Positions 35,915 to 46,053 of a stretch of DNA of 64,000 nucleotides are shown here, piece after piece. Position numbers and translations under genes: made by a program. The DNA is from Oscillospiraceae bacterium (GTDB lineage: Bacteria; Bacillota; Clostridia; Oscillospirales; UBA929), in contig JAVBOR010000018.1 in assembly GCA_031550325.1 (NCBI GenBank), forward strand, positions 270-64,269, in the 5' to 3' direction. Below the pieces are notes generated by a model. The model searched no databases and was not told the DNA's origin. It saw only the letters and a list, made by a program, of their open reading frames with translations. Each line of letters opens with the position of its first letter. The stretch's first letter is position 1.

Positions 35915-36919
35915 TTACAGCATGCCCGCCGTTTGCCGCCGGATGTCGTCCACCAGATCAAAGGTCTCGTCTCTGATCCGCCGAGACGGCTCTTTGAAAA
36001 ACGTCACCACGGGCTCGTCCTTCTTGATGTTCCACAGCCCGGCGACCTGCCCGTTCACGGCGATGGTCGGCAGACAAATCCCCGACTTCAGAATGACCGA
36101 GCTTTTGACCTCGGGCGGCAAAGCCGCGCCGCGTTCCACATAGGACGTGATCAGCGGATCGAAACCTGACAGCAGCGTCAGCTCGGGAATGTCGCCGATA
36201 TCGTCGCCATAATCCACATAATAGTAGACGCTCCCGCCGTGTTCAAGCCGCGAGAACGCGTCCAAATCCAGGGCGGCCAGCATCTTTTTGCCTTCCCGCC
36301 ATAGGCCCAGGAACCAAGCGGCGTCGGCAAGCGTCGCCGGGCCGTAAGCGGTAAAGAACCTGCCGAGAAGCTCCGGCAGAACCTCGTTGTGCGTGTCCGC
36401 AGGCTCGGCGCTGATCAGATCGAAGTCGCGGCTCGTCATGCTGCGGAAGGCGACCTTGCCCAGCCGCGCCAGATAGACGAAAATGCCGCCCCACGGTGAA
36501 AATATATTGTCAATGACTTCTTGGTCGTAGTCGCGGGCAAATATGCGCCGCATTTCGGCGCGGGAATACACGCCGTCCTCCATGAGCGCGACGACCTTCC
36601 CGGCGATCTCGAGGAGCTGATCCTCACTGATGCCAAGCCACGCGTTGGAGAAATCATCGGCGTGAAGCGCGAGTAGCCGCGGCAGGTCGTCAAAAACCAC
36701 GCCGTGCAGCGTACCCCGGTAGAGCCATGTTTTGGTAAGCGTGGTCTTCCAGCCAAAAAGCGGCGCGCCGCGGATCAGCGCGGAAAAGGCGACATTGCGG
36801 TGAAACCAGCAATGCAGCCCGAGAAGGTGACTGGAGAGCTCGGTAATATCCCCGCACTGCCGGGACAGATACAGCCCGTGCATGCGCCTGCGCAGGATTT
36901 CTTCAGCCAATCGGTCCAT
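35915..36919 (-). CDS. AlkZ/YcaQ (HTH_42) family winged-helix DNA glycosylase-like protein
   Basis: KTWLYRGTLH, RFFTAYGPATLADAAWFLGL, LLSGFDPLI, GQVAGLW. Confidence 0.85.
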   Translation of the reverse strand: MDRLAEEILRRRMHGLYLSRQCGDITELSSHLLGLHCWFHRNVAFSALIRGAPLFGWKTTLTKTWLYRGTLHGVVFDDLPRLLALHADDFSNAWLGISEDQLLEIAGKVVALMEDGVYSRAEMRRIFARDYDQEVIDNIFSPWGGIFVYLARLGKVAFRSMTSRDFDLISAEPADTHNEVLPELLGRFFTAYGPATLADAAWFLGLWREGKKMLAALDLDAFSRLEHGGSVYYYVDYGDDIGDIPELTLLSGFDPLITSYVERGAALPPEVKSSVILKSGICLPTIAVNGQVAGLWNIKKDEPVVTFFKEPSRRIRDETFDLVDDIRRQTAGML

Positions 36920-37084
36920 GGTTACTACTTCCTTGTTTAAGCTCGTTTGTTCAGCCGCCGCTTCTGCGCAGCACGTCTTCGGCGGATTTCACAATCTCTG
37001 CAAGCGCCTGGAGCCGGCTCCCGGAACAGTCGGGAAAAACCGCGTCAAGCTCCTTGACCGATATGTGTCTTCTGCTCCTGATGC

Positions 37085-37185
37085 TGCCGGAGTTCAGGTC
37101 GTCCGGCGGGGACCGGTGCCGCCCTCAGCGTCAGGCTCGACATAAACCCCGAAAAGGTCTGGAGCGCGAAGGGTTTCTTTGACAT
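37085..37185 (+). repeat. Partial hairpin element (S module and 3' terminus)
   Basis: GCCGCCCTCAGCGTCAGGCTCGAC...GGGTTTCTTTGACA. Confidence 0.65.
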
Positions 37186-37250
37186 GCAGCAGCTTTACGG
37201 GGCCACGATTGTATTTTCGACTGAACTCAAGTATACTGTACCTTAGTCGC

Positions 37251-37441
37251 TTTGTCAAAGATCCTTCGGTTCTTTGACAAACGGGAGGGGGAAACGGTTT
37301 TGAGAAATGAATTCCCGAAACCGTTGTGGTTTATATTTTTCCTGGATTCTGTCCAGCAAGAACCTGACGCCTGTGGCGTCAGGCTCGACGCGAATCCAGG
37401 AAAAGGACGAGAGAGCGGGGGGCATTTTTGACAGGCTGAAG
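37251..37441 (+). repeat. Hairpin element copy lacking R (P-Q-S)
   Basis: Colinear with 39103-39312 and 62840-63048 apart from the R deletion; ends TTTTTGACAGGCTGAA. Confidence 0.92.
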
Positions 37442-37506
37442 CTCCTTCGGCTCTTTGGCAGTCAGGTGCAGGGGTATTAAATTGAGGAAATGGAGGGCGA
37501 TGAGAG

Positions 37507-38283
37507 TTGATCAGGATGATTGCGACCGACTTGGACCGCACGCTGCTTCGGGCCGACAAGACGATATCGGCATACACGGCCGACGTGCTTCGCCGCTGTC
37601 AGGCCAATGGGATTTGTGTGGCCTTTGCCACGGCGCGCTCTGAGAAGTCGTCCGAGCGGATCACATCAGTCTTCACGCCCGATGTGATGATCTCAAACGG
37701 AGGCGCGCTGGCGCGGCTGGGCGACGTCATCCTGCATCGCAGCGTACTGACCCGCGAGACCGCGAACAGGCTTATCGCGCGCATGTTCCGCGCCCCCGGC
37801 GTCGGCTTTATCACCGCCGACACGCCGGGCGGCTATTTCGCCGACCACCCGGTCGATCCCGAAAACAGGGAGTGGCAGGACTATCTGCACGCGGTGCATA
37901 TCGACTTCGCAAACGGCATCGGGTACGACGCCTACAAGCTGACGGTGCAGTTCTTCGACCCCGGCCTGCCGGGAAGGATCGCCGCTGATTTCCCCGAGGT
38001 GGACATGCTGCCCTTTTCCGACGACAACTGGGTTCGCTTTGCCCGCAAGGACGCGGTAAAGTGGAAAGCCGTATCCGCCGCCGCGGCGCATCTAGGCATC
38101 AGTCCCGCCGCCGTGGCGGCCTTCGGCGACGACTATAACGACATAGAAATGTTGCGCGAGTGCGGCGTCGGCGTGGCCGTCGCCGACGCGATTGACGAGG
38201 CCAAGGCCGTGGCGGACTTTATCTGCGACACGGGCGACAACGACGGCGTGGCAAAGTGGATTGAGGAGAATGTGCCGCTGTAA
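37507..38283 (+). CDS. Cof-type HAD-IIB hydrolase
   Basis: DLDRT, ATAR, FGDDYND motifs. Confidence 0.92.
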   Translation: MIRMIATDLDRTLLRADKTISAYTADVLRRCQANGICVAFATARSEKSSERITSVFTPDVMISNGGALARLGDVILHRSVLTRETANRLIARMFRAPGVGFITADTPGGYFADHPVDPENREWQDYLHAVHIDFANGIGYDAYKLTVQFFDPGLPGRIAADFPEVDMLPFSDDNWVRFARKDAVKWKAVSAAAAHLGISPAAVAAFGDDYNDIEMLRECGVGVAVADAIDEAKAVADFICDTGDNDGVAKWIEENVPL

Positions 38284-38312
38284 GTTCTGCAATGCTTAAA
38301 GGGACGGAGACG

Positions 38313-39098
38313 ATGGAAATGAGTGACTATACCGAACTAAACGCCAAAACTATTGACGGCTGGGTGAAGGACGGCTGGGAGTGGGGCGTCCCGATCTCAC
38401 ACGAAGCCTATTGCAGCGCGGTGGCCGGGCAGTGGGACGTTTTTCTCACGCCCATCAGGAAGGTGCCGCACAGCTGGTTTGCGCCTTTTTTGCGCGGCGG
38501 GCGGCTGGACGGCGCAAAGCTGCTCGGGCTGGCCAGCGGCGGCGGGCAGCAGATGCCGATCTTTGCCGCCTTGGGCGCGGACTGCACCGTGCTGGATTAT
38601 GCCGACAGCCAGCTTGAGAGCGAGTTGATGGTGTCCGAGCGGGAGGGCTACGCCATCAACGTCGTCAAGGCCGACATGGCAAAGAGGCTTCCGTTTGAAG
38701 ACGCGAGCTTTGACCTGATTTTCCATCCGGTTTCCAACTGCTATGTGGAGGATGTATACCACGTCTGGAACGAGTGCTTCCGCGTGCTCAAGAAGGGCGG
38801 GGTGCTGCTTGCCGGAATGGACAATGGGCTCAACTTCCTGATAGACGATTTCTCGGCGCTCCCGATGCAAGTCCGCAACAAACTGCCGCACAATCCCCTA
38901 AAGGATCCCGAGCTATATCAAAAGTGCGTTGAGCGCGGCGAAGGAGTGCAGTTTTCGCATACGTTTGACGAGCAGATCGGCGGCCAGCTCAAGGCGGGGT
39001 TCGTTCTCAAGGACGTCTACGAGGACTCCAACAACGACCCGAACGCCATTGCCTATGGAATAGCGTCCTTTTGGGCCAGCCGAGCTGTGAAGGGCTGA
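38313..39098 (+). CDS. Class I SAM-dependent methyltransferase
   Basis: LGLASGGGQQ motif I, LPFEDASFD, RVLKKGG. Confidence 0.9.
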   Translation: MEMSDYTELNAKTIDGWVKDGWEWGVPISHEAYCSAVAGQWDVFLTPIRKVPHSWFAPFLRGGRLDGAKLLGLASGGGQQMPIFAALGADCTVLDYADSQLESELMVSEREGYAINVVKADMAKRLPFEDASFDLIFHPVSNCYVEDVYHVWNECFRVLKKGGVLLAGMDNGLNFLIDDFSALPMQVRNKLPHNPLKDPELYQKCVERGEGVQFSHTFDEQIGGQLKAGFVLKDVYEDSNNDPNAIAYGIASFWASRAVKG

Positions 39099-39100
39099 GC

Positions 39101-39490
39101 GTTGCCAAAGAACCTTCGGTTCTTTGGCAAAACGAGGGCAGGATCAAACCGCCCCAGCGGTTTGAAGGGAAACGGTTTCGAGAAATGAATTCCCGAAACC
39201 GTTGTGGTCCCTATTTATCCTGGATTCAGTCCAGCAAGAACCTGCCGCCTGCGGTGTCAGGCTCGACGCGAATCCAGAAAAAGGACGAAGGTGTAAAGCG
39301 CTTTTTTTGACAGTCAGAAGGAACCGGGTTCTTTGTAAGTGCCGGAACCGGATTAACCGTCGCGGGCGGTCTGCGGAGCATGACTTTGCGGGAGTGAATT
39401 GCGCGAAGCCATGCCATTCAGTCTTTCACGACTGTAACCCGAAGAAGGACGAGAGGGCGGGGAGTATCTTCCCGATCATTTGTAAAAGCC
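39101..39490 (+). repeat. Full hairpin element (39103-39312) followed by a degenerate tandem copy
   Basis: P-R-Q-S; the second copy keeps a Q variant with the GGAGTGAAT loop (39378-39414) and the AAGGACGAGAG 3' segment. Confidence 0.9.
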
Positions 39491-39492
39491 TA

Positions 39493-39523
39493 TTGACCTA
39501 AACCTGACTTAAGGGTTTATACT
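39493..39523 (+). promoter_or_regulatory. MerR-type promoter/operator
   Basis: TTGACC-19bp-TATACT with dyad TAAACC...GGTTTA across the spacer. Confidence 0.75.
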
Positions 39524-39634
39524 GATGGCTGCGCTGTGCCGGAGCGGTTTCCGAGTACGCAAGAACGGACAGCATGGCCTGGCGGCGGATCAGGAATACG
39601 TTGAAGATCGTAAATGGAGGGAGAGAACAAGCAC

Positions 39635-40765
39635 ATGACGTACAATCACTTTCAAAATCTCAAACTGTCCGCGCTGGGCATGGGCGCGATGCGCCTGCCG
39701 GTGCTGGGAGGGGACGACACAAGGATTGACGTGCCGGCCGCCTCAGAGATGGTCGGCTTGGCGATGGAGCATGGGGTCAACTACTACGACACCGCCTGGG
39801 GCTATCACGGCGGCCATTCGGAAACCGTCATGGGAAAGCTTCTGGGCAAATATCCCCGTGAGCGCTTTTTCCTTGCCGACAAATTTCCCGGCTACGACCT
39901 GTCCAACATGGACAGGGTCGAGGAAATTTTTGAGCGTCAGCTTGAGAAGTGCGGCGTGGATTATTTTGACTTTTATCTGTTTCACAACGTCTGCGAGCTG
40001 AACATCGACGCCTATCTGGATGAGAAGCTCGGCGTTTTCGTCCGCCTGATGAGGCAGAAGGAAAGCGGGCGCATCCGTCACCTGGGCTTTTCGGTGCATG
40101 GCGGCACAGACGTTCTGGAGCGGTTTCTCGCGGCCTATGGCGAGTATATGGAGTTTTGCCAGGTTCAGCTCAATTACCTGGACTGGTCGTTTCAGGACGC
40201 CAAGGCAAAGGTTGACCTGCTGAACAGCCGCCGGATCCCCATCTGGGTCATGGAGCCCATGCGCGGCGGCAGCCTCGCGGCGCTCAGCGCCGCCGACGCC
40301 GCAAAACTCACGGCTCTGCGCCCCGACGAGGAGATCCCCGCGTGGGCCTTTCGCTTCCTGCAGACGATTCCCGGCGTCACGACCACGCTGACCGGCGCGT
40401 CGAGCTTAGAGCAGATGAAGTTCAATATACAGGCCTTTGAGCGTCACAGGCCGCTTGATTCTCAGGAGATGGAAACCCTGCTCTCGGTCGCCGCCGGCAT
40501 GCTGGAGGGCGTTCTGCCCTGCACGGCCTGCCGTTATTGCGTCGGCCACTGTCCGCAGGGCCTGGATATTCCGAAGCTCCTGGCGCTGTACAACGAACAC
40601 AGCTATTCCGGGGGCGGCTTTATCGCCCCGATGGCGCTGGCCGCGGTGCCGGAGGATAAACAGCCCGGGGCCTGCATCGGCTGCAAAAGCTGCGAGGCGG
40701 TCTGCCCTCAGCGCATCGGCATTGCCGACGCGCTGAGCACCTTTGTGGAGAAGTTGGGCGCGTAG
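39635..40765 (+). CDS. Aldo/keto reductase with C-terminal 4Fe-4S dicluster
   Basis: LGMGAMRLP, YYDTAWGY, CTACRYC...C and CIGCKSCEAVCPQ; start at the MTYNHF ATG after the GGAG-rich RBS (39614 is an alternative). Confidence 0.9.
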   Translation: MTYNHFQNLKLSALGMGAMRLPVLGGDDTRIDVPAASEMVGLAMEHGVNYYDTAWGYHGGHSETVMGKLLGKYPRERFFLADKFPGYDLSNMDRVEEIFERQLEKCGVDYFDFYLFHNVCELNIDAYLDEKLGVFVRLMRQKESGRIRHLGFSVHGGTDVLERFLAAYGEYMEFCQVQLNYLDWSFQDAKAKVDLLNSRRIPIWVMEPMRGGSLAALSAADAAKLTALRPDEEIPAWAFRFLQTIPGVTTTLTGASSLEQMKFNIQAFERHRPLDSQEMETLLSVAAGMLEGVLPCTACRYCVGHCPQGLDIPKLLALYNEHSYSGGGFIAPMALAAVPEDKQPGACIGCKSCEAVCPQRIGIADALSTFVEKLGA

Positions 40766-40810
40766 CGATGCTTCCCATGACTTTATTCAGGTAAGGAGAT
40801 CGATAGCGCT

Positions 40811-42019
40811 ATGACCGGTGTGACCTTAGTAGTGTTTACCCTGATGAATTTTGTTCTTGCCATGTCAGCCACGGTGTTCAGCGGCATTTTGGATATGGTC
40901 GCGGTTTCTCTGGGAGTTTCGGTGGCCAGCGCGGGCCTGCTCAGCACGATGTATTCGTATGGGGCGGCGTTCGGGGTTCCCGTCATTTTGATTCTGTTCA
41001 GAGGGGTGCAGCGCCCGAAACTCCTTAAGGTTATGCTGGCGATCACGGTTTTGATGGCCGTGTTGCTTGTTCTGGCGCAGACGTTTTGGCAACTGTTGAT
41101 CATCAGGCTTATCATGGGGATTTCGGCCAACAGCTACGCCGTATTGGCCATCTCGACGGTGGCGTCGCTCTCTGCCAAGGAAAGGCTCGGGCGCTCCATG
41201 GCGGTTTTGATCGCAGGCAATGCGTCGGCGCTTGTGATCGGCGTCCCCCTGACGCGCGCGTTGTCCTCTGTCCTGAGCTGGCAGGACATTTTCTGGGTGC
41301 TGGCCGGAATGATGATTTTGGCGCTGGTGTATTTTATTCTGCGCCTGCCCGGCGGCGAGCGGAGCCCCAGCGTGGACATCCGCAGCGAGCTGGCGTTTTT
41401 TAAGGACAAACGTGTTTTGTCCGTGGTTTTGTTTTCACTCATGATGTTTTTGGGGTATGGCGCGCTGTACACCTACATAACGCCGTTTTTGCTGGACGTG
41501 TTCCCCGCCGCCGAGTCGTCGATGACGTTCGTTCTGGTTTTGCTGGGGGCAGCCTGCTTCACCGGCAATCTGATCGGAGGGCATGTGGCGGACCGCATCG
41601 GCTGTGCCAGGTCAATGCTGCTGGGCGGGCTCATCCAGCTGATGGCGGTGGCCCTGATCCTGCTGTCTCAGCCGGTCGGATGGCTCGTCGTCGCATTTGC
41701 GCTGCTGTGGATCATGGGCGGCTGGTTCACCGGCCTGCAGCTCAACGCCGGCATCGCGCAGGCCACGCATAACCGCTCCAGCTTCATGATCAGCGTGAAC
41801 AACTCCGCCGTTCAGCTGGGCTCGGCCGTCGGGTCAAGCCTGGGCGCGGTTGTGATCTCGCTGAGCGGGATCCGCGGCATTGTCTTTATCACGCTGTCGG
41901 CCTGCCTGATCATCGTCGCCATGCAGTGGGTTACCCTGAAGAAGAAGGTCTGGCAGGACAGTGATGATGTCGAGACGCGCGATGCCGAGGAAAACGCGGG
42001 CAGTAGCGCGCTGTCCTGA
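40811..42019 (+). CDS. MFS efflux transporter (DHA1-like)
   Basis: About 12 TM helices; GGHVADRIG motif. Confidence 0.9.
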   Translation: MTGVTLVVFTLMNFVLAMSATVFSGILDMVAVSLGVSVASAGLLSTMYSYGAAFGVPVILILFRGVQRPKLLKVMLAITVLMAVLLVLAQTFWQLLIIRLIMGISANSYAVLAISTVASLSAKERLGRSMAVLIAGNASALVIGVPLTRALSSVLSWQDIFWVLAGMMILALVYFILRLPGGERSPSVDIRSELAFFKDKRVLSVVLFSLMMFLGYGALYTYITPFLLDVFPAAESSMTFVLVLLGAACFTGNLIGGHVADRIGCARSMLLGGLIQLMAVALILLSQPVGWLVVAFALLWIMGGWFTGLQLNAGIAQATHNRSSFMISVNNSAVQLGSAVGSSLGAVVISLSGIRGIVFITLSACLIIVAMQWVTLKKKVWQDSDDVETRDAEENAGSSALS

Positions 42020-42070
42020 GCGCGTGTCTGCCTTTTCCCGGCGTTCTCCGCGCTCCTGAGCGTTTCTTTA

Positions 42071-42247
42071 CGCGTCTTCACAAAGACGCGATCCTGTCCC
42101 CGCTTTGTCAAAGAACCAAAGGTTCTTTGACAGCTTAAAAGCTTTCCCGGATTCATTTCGGGAAAGCTTTCTTTGTAAGCCGCCTCAGCGGTTTGATTCA
42201 ACTTTCGTTTTGTCAAAGAACTGATGTCCTTTGACAGCCTGAAGGGA
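42071..42247 (-). repeat. Hairpin element copy (P-R-Q, then P-T)
   Basis: Perfect TGTCAAAGAACC-AAA-GGTTCTTTGACA at 42106-42132; starts 1 nt after the kinase stop codon. Confidence 0.9.
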
Positions 42248-44344
42248 TTACAGGTGCAGCTTAAGCTGTTGGATAATTTTGTCAAAGCTCAGCGGCTTGC
42301 CGATATGGTCGTTCATGCCGGCCTTTATGCACCTTTCGATGTCTTCCCGGAAGACGTTGGCCGTCATGGCGATGATCGGGATATCTTTCGAGCGCGTCTG
42401 GCAGCTTTCCCTGATCAGGCGCGTCGCCTCGTAGCCATCCATCCCCGGCATTTGAATGTCCATAAAAATCAGGCTGTACCTGTCCGGCGCCTCGCTGAAC
42501 ATATGTACAGCCTCTGCGCCGTTTTCGGCGCACTCAATTTGCAGACAGGTCGACTCAAGCAGCGCGAGGACAATCTCCCGGTTGATGGCCACATCATCCG
42601 CCAGCAAAATGCATTTTCCCGCGAAGCTGAGCTGCTTGTCGTTCTGTTCAGCCTCGACAAGCCCTCGTGCGCTCAGAACCTCGGCGACCGTATCGGCAAC
42701 CACCGACGGAAAGAGGGGCTTAAACAGAAATCTGTTGACGCCGGCGTGGTCAGCCTCGGCCCTGGACATGCCCCGGTCAGCCGAGGGGAGCATCACAACA
42801 ACGTCGTCACTGTCCGTATTGCCCGCTATCAGCGCTCTTGTCAGGGGATTGCCGTCCGTGCCCGGTATTTGACTGTCCACAAAGTACAGATGATAATCCC
42901 CGTTCTTCTCGCGAAGGGAAAGCGCCTCCCCGCCGCTTGAGGCGGTATCGCAATGCACACAAAGCCGCTGCGCGACCTCGTCAAAAAACCGCAACACAAG
43001 CGGGTCGGCATCAACCGCCATAATGCGCACGTCACCCCAGCTGATGACAGCGTCGGGCGCCGCACCGCGATCCGAGGCTCTTTTCAGCGGAACTGTAAAC
43101 AGGAAAGATGAGCCTTTGCCAAGCTCCGAGTTGACCTTTATGTTGCCGCCCATGATTTCCACAATGTTCTTGGAGATGGAGAGGCCCAGACCGGTGCCGC
43201 CAAACTTCCGCGCGGTATCGCTCTCGGCCTGGTGAAAGGACTGAAACAGGCGGGCCTGCTGCTCCGGGCTTATGCCGATTCCCGTATCGGACACGGTGAC
43301 CCGTATCTCGCAAATCCCGTTTTTCTCCTCCAAAAGGTGCGCGTCGAGGCCGATTGAGCCGCCGTCCGGGGTGAATTTCACCGCGTTTCCCAATAGGTTT
43401 GTGATGATCTGCGCCAGCCTCTGGTCGTCCCCGATCAGGCAGCAGGGGATGGCCTTGTCGATATGTACGCTAAAGCTCTGCCCCTTTTCGGCGGCCTGGG
43501 CGTTGACCATGTTGACAATTCTCTCCAGCATTGTCTCAAAGGCGAAGATCTTCGGCGAAAGCTCCAGCTTGCCGGCCTCAATTTTCGACATGTCCAAAAT
43601 ATCGTTGATCACGCCCAAGAGGTGTTTGGCCGCGTCCTCGATCTTGGCAAAGCAGCCGATCATCTTTTCCATGTCGGTGGAAACCTGTCCGATCGAGGTC
43701 ATCCCCAAAACCGCGTTCATGGGCGTGCGCATCTCATGGCTCATGGTCGCCAAGAACTGGCTCTTGGCGATGTTGGCGCTCTCAGCCTGACGCTTTGACG
43801 CCATGATATCGGTGATGTCATGGAGCAGGATCATGAACGCCTCCAGATGGCCGTCCCAATCCATCATGGGGGTGATTTGGATGTCGTACTCCTGGGGATG
43901 GTCTCCCCCGGAAAGATCAATGGAGGAGTTGACGGTGATCGTACTGCGTTTTTCCATCGCAAGGCTGATGTTTGTCTGCATGAAGCTGATCCACTCTGCT
44001 GAAACAAGTTGGGAAAAGACCGCGGAAAAGCTCTTTCCACCGACAAGGCTGGAGTCGGTTAATCCGGTCGTCTTCAAAAATGTCTTGGTAAAATAGGAGA
44101 ACTTGTTGTCCTTGTCAAACAGAAGAATGATATCCGCGCTGTTTTCCAGCAGCAGATTCATATTGCGCTCCATCTTTTTCTGCTCATGCTCCAGCATGTG
44201 GTTAACCGTGGTTCTGGCAGCCAGCATGGCCTTGTTGCGCTGGAACGTAGACTCCAAATTTCGCAGCTGACGCTTCAGGTTCCGGTTCTCCTTAACCAGT
44301 TGCTCGCTGCTTAGGGTTCTCTCCGTTTCATTCCTGTCAAACAT
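42248..44344 (-). CDS. PAS-containing cytoplasmic hybrid histidine kinase with two receiver-like domains
   Basis: FLATMSHEMRTP (H box), NLLGNAVKF, DTGIG, GGTGLG, FMDIQMPGMDG; no TM segment evident. Confidence 0.93.
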   Translation of the reverse strand: MFDRNETERTLSSEQLVKENRNLKRQLRNLESTFQRNKAMLAARTTVNHMLEHEQKKMERNMNLLLENSADIILLFDKDNKFSYFTKTFLKTTGLTDSSLVGGKSFSAVFSQLVSAEWISFMQTNISLAMEKRSTITVNSSIDLSGGDHPQEYDIQITPMMDWDGHLEAFMILLHDITDIMASKRQAESANIAKSQFLATMSHEMRTPMNAVLGMTSIGQVSTDMEKMIGCFAKIEDAAKHLLGVINDILDMSKIEAGKLELSPKIFAFETMLERIVNMVNAQAAEKGQSFSVHIDKAIPCCLIGDDQRLAQIITNLLGNAVKFTPDGGSIGLDAHLLEEKNGICEIRVTVSDTGIGISPEQQARLFQSFHQAESDTARKFGGTGLGLSISKNIVEIMGGNIKVNSELGKGSSFLFTVPLKRASDRGAAPDAVISWGDVRIMAVDADPLVLRFFDEVAQRLCVHCDTASSGGEALSLREKNGDYHLYFVDSQIPGTDGNPLTRALIAGNTDSDDVVVMLPSADRGMSRAEADHAGVNRFLFKPLFPSVVADTVAEVLSARGLVEAEQNDKQLSFAGKCILLADDVAINREIVLALLESTCLQIECAENGAEAVHMFSEAPDRYSLIFMDIQMPGMDGYEATRLIRESCQTRSKDIPIIAMTANVFREDIERCIKAGMNDHIGKPLSFDKIIQQLKLHL

Positions 44345-44361
44345 AAGTTACCCTCTATCAG

Positions 44362-45522
44362 TTACGATAATGCACAGCCGCAAAAAGTAAAGTTATGAAA
44401 ACGGTTGGCCAAGTGCTCACCCTTGACATAGTATACAGGGCAGCACTCTCCGGCAGAATAGGCCAGATGCCACGGCACCCGGTCTCCGATCTGCTCTTTC
44501 ACGATATTGATTTCGGCCAGAGGATCCAACACCAAAACCATGTTTCTACCCAGACAGGGAAACAGCAGGATGCCCGCCAAGCCCTCTGTCTTCAGAAGCT
44601 CCTTGATCGAGCTCTCGGCCGTCTGCAGGATGTCTTCCTCGTCCATTCGCCCAATATACAGCGTGCTGCCCTCGGGCATATATCCCCCGCAAAGGGCGGA
44701 TCCGTCCTCGTTTAAGCCGAAGATCGCCCGCGCGACCGGTTGGGAGCCGTCGCCGTAGTCCACGACAAAGGGCACCGAGCTCATCCCTTCAATGCCTTTG
44801 CCGGCGCTCATGCCGACCGATTCAAAGTAATCCCTTGCGGTCATGTTGTTAATCTTTTTGATCAGGCAGCCCTCCGAAGAGGTGATGACCGCCTGCTGTT
44901 TGCGCAGATTTTGTTCGCTCGTGGCGGCCACGACAAACCGCGGCTTGACGTTTCCTGAAATGAGAATAAAGGACAGGCGGTCCTGAAAGCACTCGCCGTT
45001 AAAGACCGTGTAGGTGTTGCTGTACTCCGCCGTATCATGGTCGCACGCAACGGTGCCAAAAATCGGCACGCCGTCCAGCGCGCTGTCCAGCGCGCCGAGC
45101 ATGATCTCGCCGCCCACCCCGAACATGGGAAACAGAGCCACCGACATCCGGGCGGCGCCCTCCAGGCCGGCTTTGGCCCGCTGGGTCGCGCGATCCACCT
45201 CGCCCTCCAGATCTTCCCGAAGCGAACCGGTTACCACCGCGGAAAACTGACAGTCGTCCGCCGTGAAGACCGTCAGACACAAAAGGATGGTGCCGGCCTC
45301 GGCGTTGTTGGCGTTGGTCAGCGTCGTGCACCCAATCACGTCAAAGGGGAGGGCGTCGCAGATCGCCTTGACCATCCCCGATTCCACAAAATCATAGCTG
45401 CAGGTCAACAGCCCTACAGAGCTCTTTTGGGCGTTTTCCTCCAGATTAAGCTGATCAAGAATTTGTGAGACAGCAATTTTCGGGTCATCCGGTTCCAAAG
45501 TCCAGGCGTTTAACAGTCTCAT
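44362..45522 (-). CDS. FIST N/C domain sensor protein
   Basis: IGCTT, PIFGTVACD, PVAR, FPCLGR, AYSAGECCP, FHNFT. Confidence 0.85.
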   Translation of the reverse strand: MRLLNAWTLEPDDPKIAVSQILDQLNLEENAQKSSVGLLTCSYDFVESGMVKAICDALPFDVIGCTTLTNANNAEAGTILLCLTVFTADDCQFSAVVTGSLREDLEGEVDRATQRAKAGLEGAARMSVALFPMFGVGGEIMLGALDSALDGVPIFGTVACDHDTAEYSNTYTVFNGECFQDRLSFILISGNVKPRFVVAATSEQNLRKQQAVITSSEGCLIKKINNMTARDYFESVGMSAGKGIEGMSSVPFVVDYGDGSQPVARAIFGLNEDGSALCGGYMPEGSTLYIGRMDEEDILQTAESSIKELLKTEGLAGILLFPCLGRNMVLVLDPLAEINIVKEQIGDRVPWHLAYSAGECCPVYYVKGEHLANRFHNFTFCGCALS

Positions 45523-45850
45523 TGCCAGCCCTCCATAGCATTTATGACTTTGCAGATCGATCAAGTGTACAGTATGGTAATCGCCATTTGATCAGATGTG
45601 TCACTATAATCGGTCGCACAATGACTTTTTTCACTATCACCCTGCGTCTGCTTATGCATTATAACACAAATCAAAAAGGTTTGCATAATATTTAGAGGAT
45701 TTTTTTGCCTAATTAGGAATAACGTTATAAAGCAATCTCGGATATGGTCTGTTCGGCATATAGAAAGTTGCATGGCCGCGGCGGCGCATGAGTGTCCAAA
45801 GTCCTTACATACTCTGTATCGTCACTAAGTCGGGCGACTTTATGTCCTAG

Positions 45851-45990
45851 CCCTTCAGGCTGTCAAAGAACCAAAGGTTTTTTGACAGCCTGCGACGAAA
45901 CCCTTATGGATTAGTCTTTTTCGGGTTCCCGTCCACCAAGTCCCCGCCGGCCCAAGCGTCAGGCGCGACGCGAATGCCGAAAAAACGCGG
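45851..45990 (+). repeat. Hairpin element copy (P-S)
   Basis: CTTCAGGCTGTCAAAGAACCAAAGGTTTTTTGACAGCCTG and GCGTCAGGCGCGACGCGAAT. Confidence 0.85.
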
Positions 45991-46053
45991 ACGCGATGGA
46001 GCCTTCGCCCGTCATATACGGTGACATACAGTGCGCCGGCTGCCCGGAGCGGC

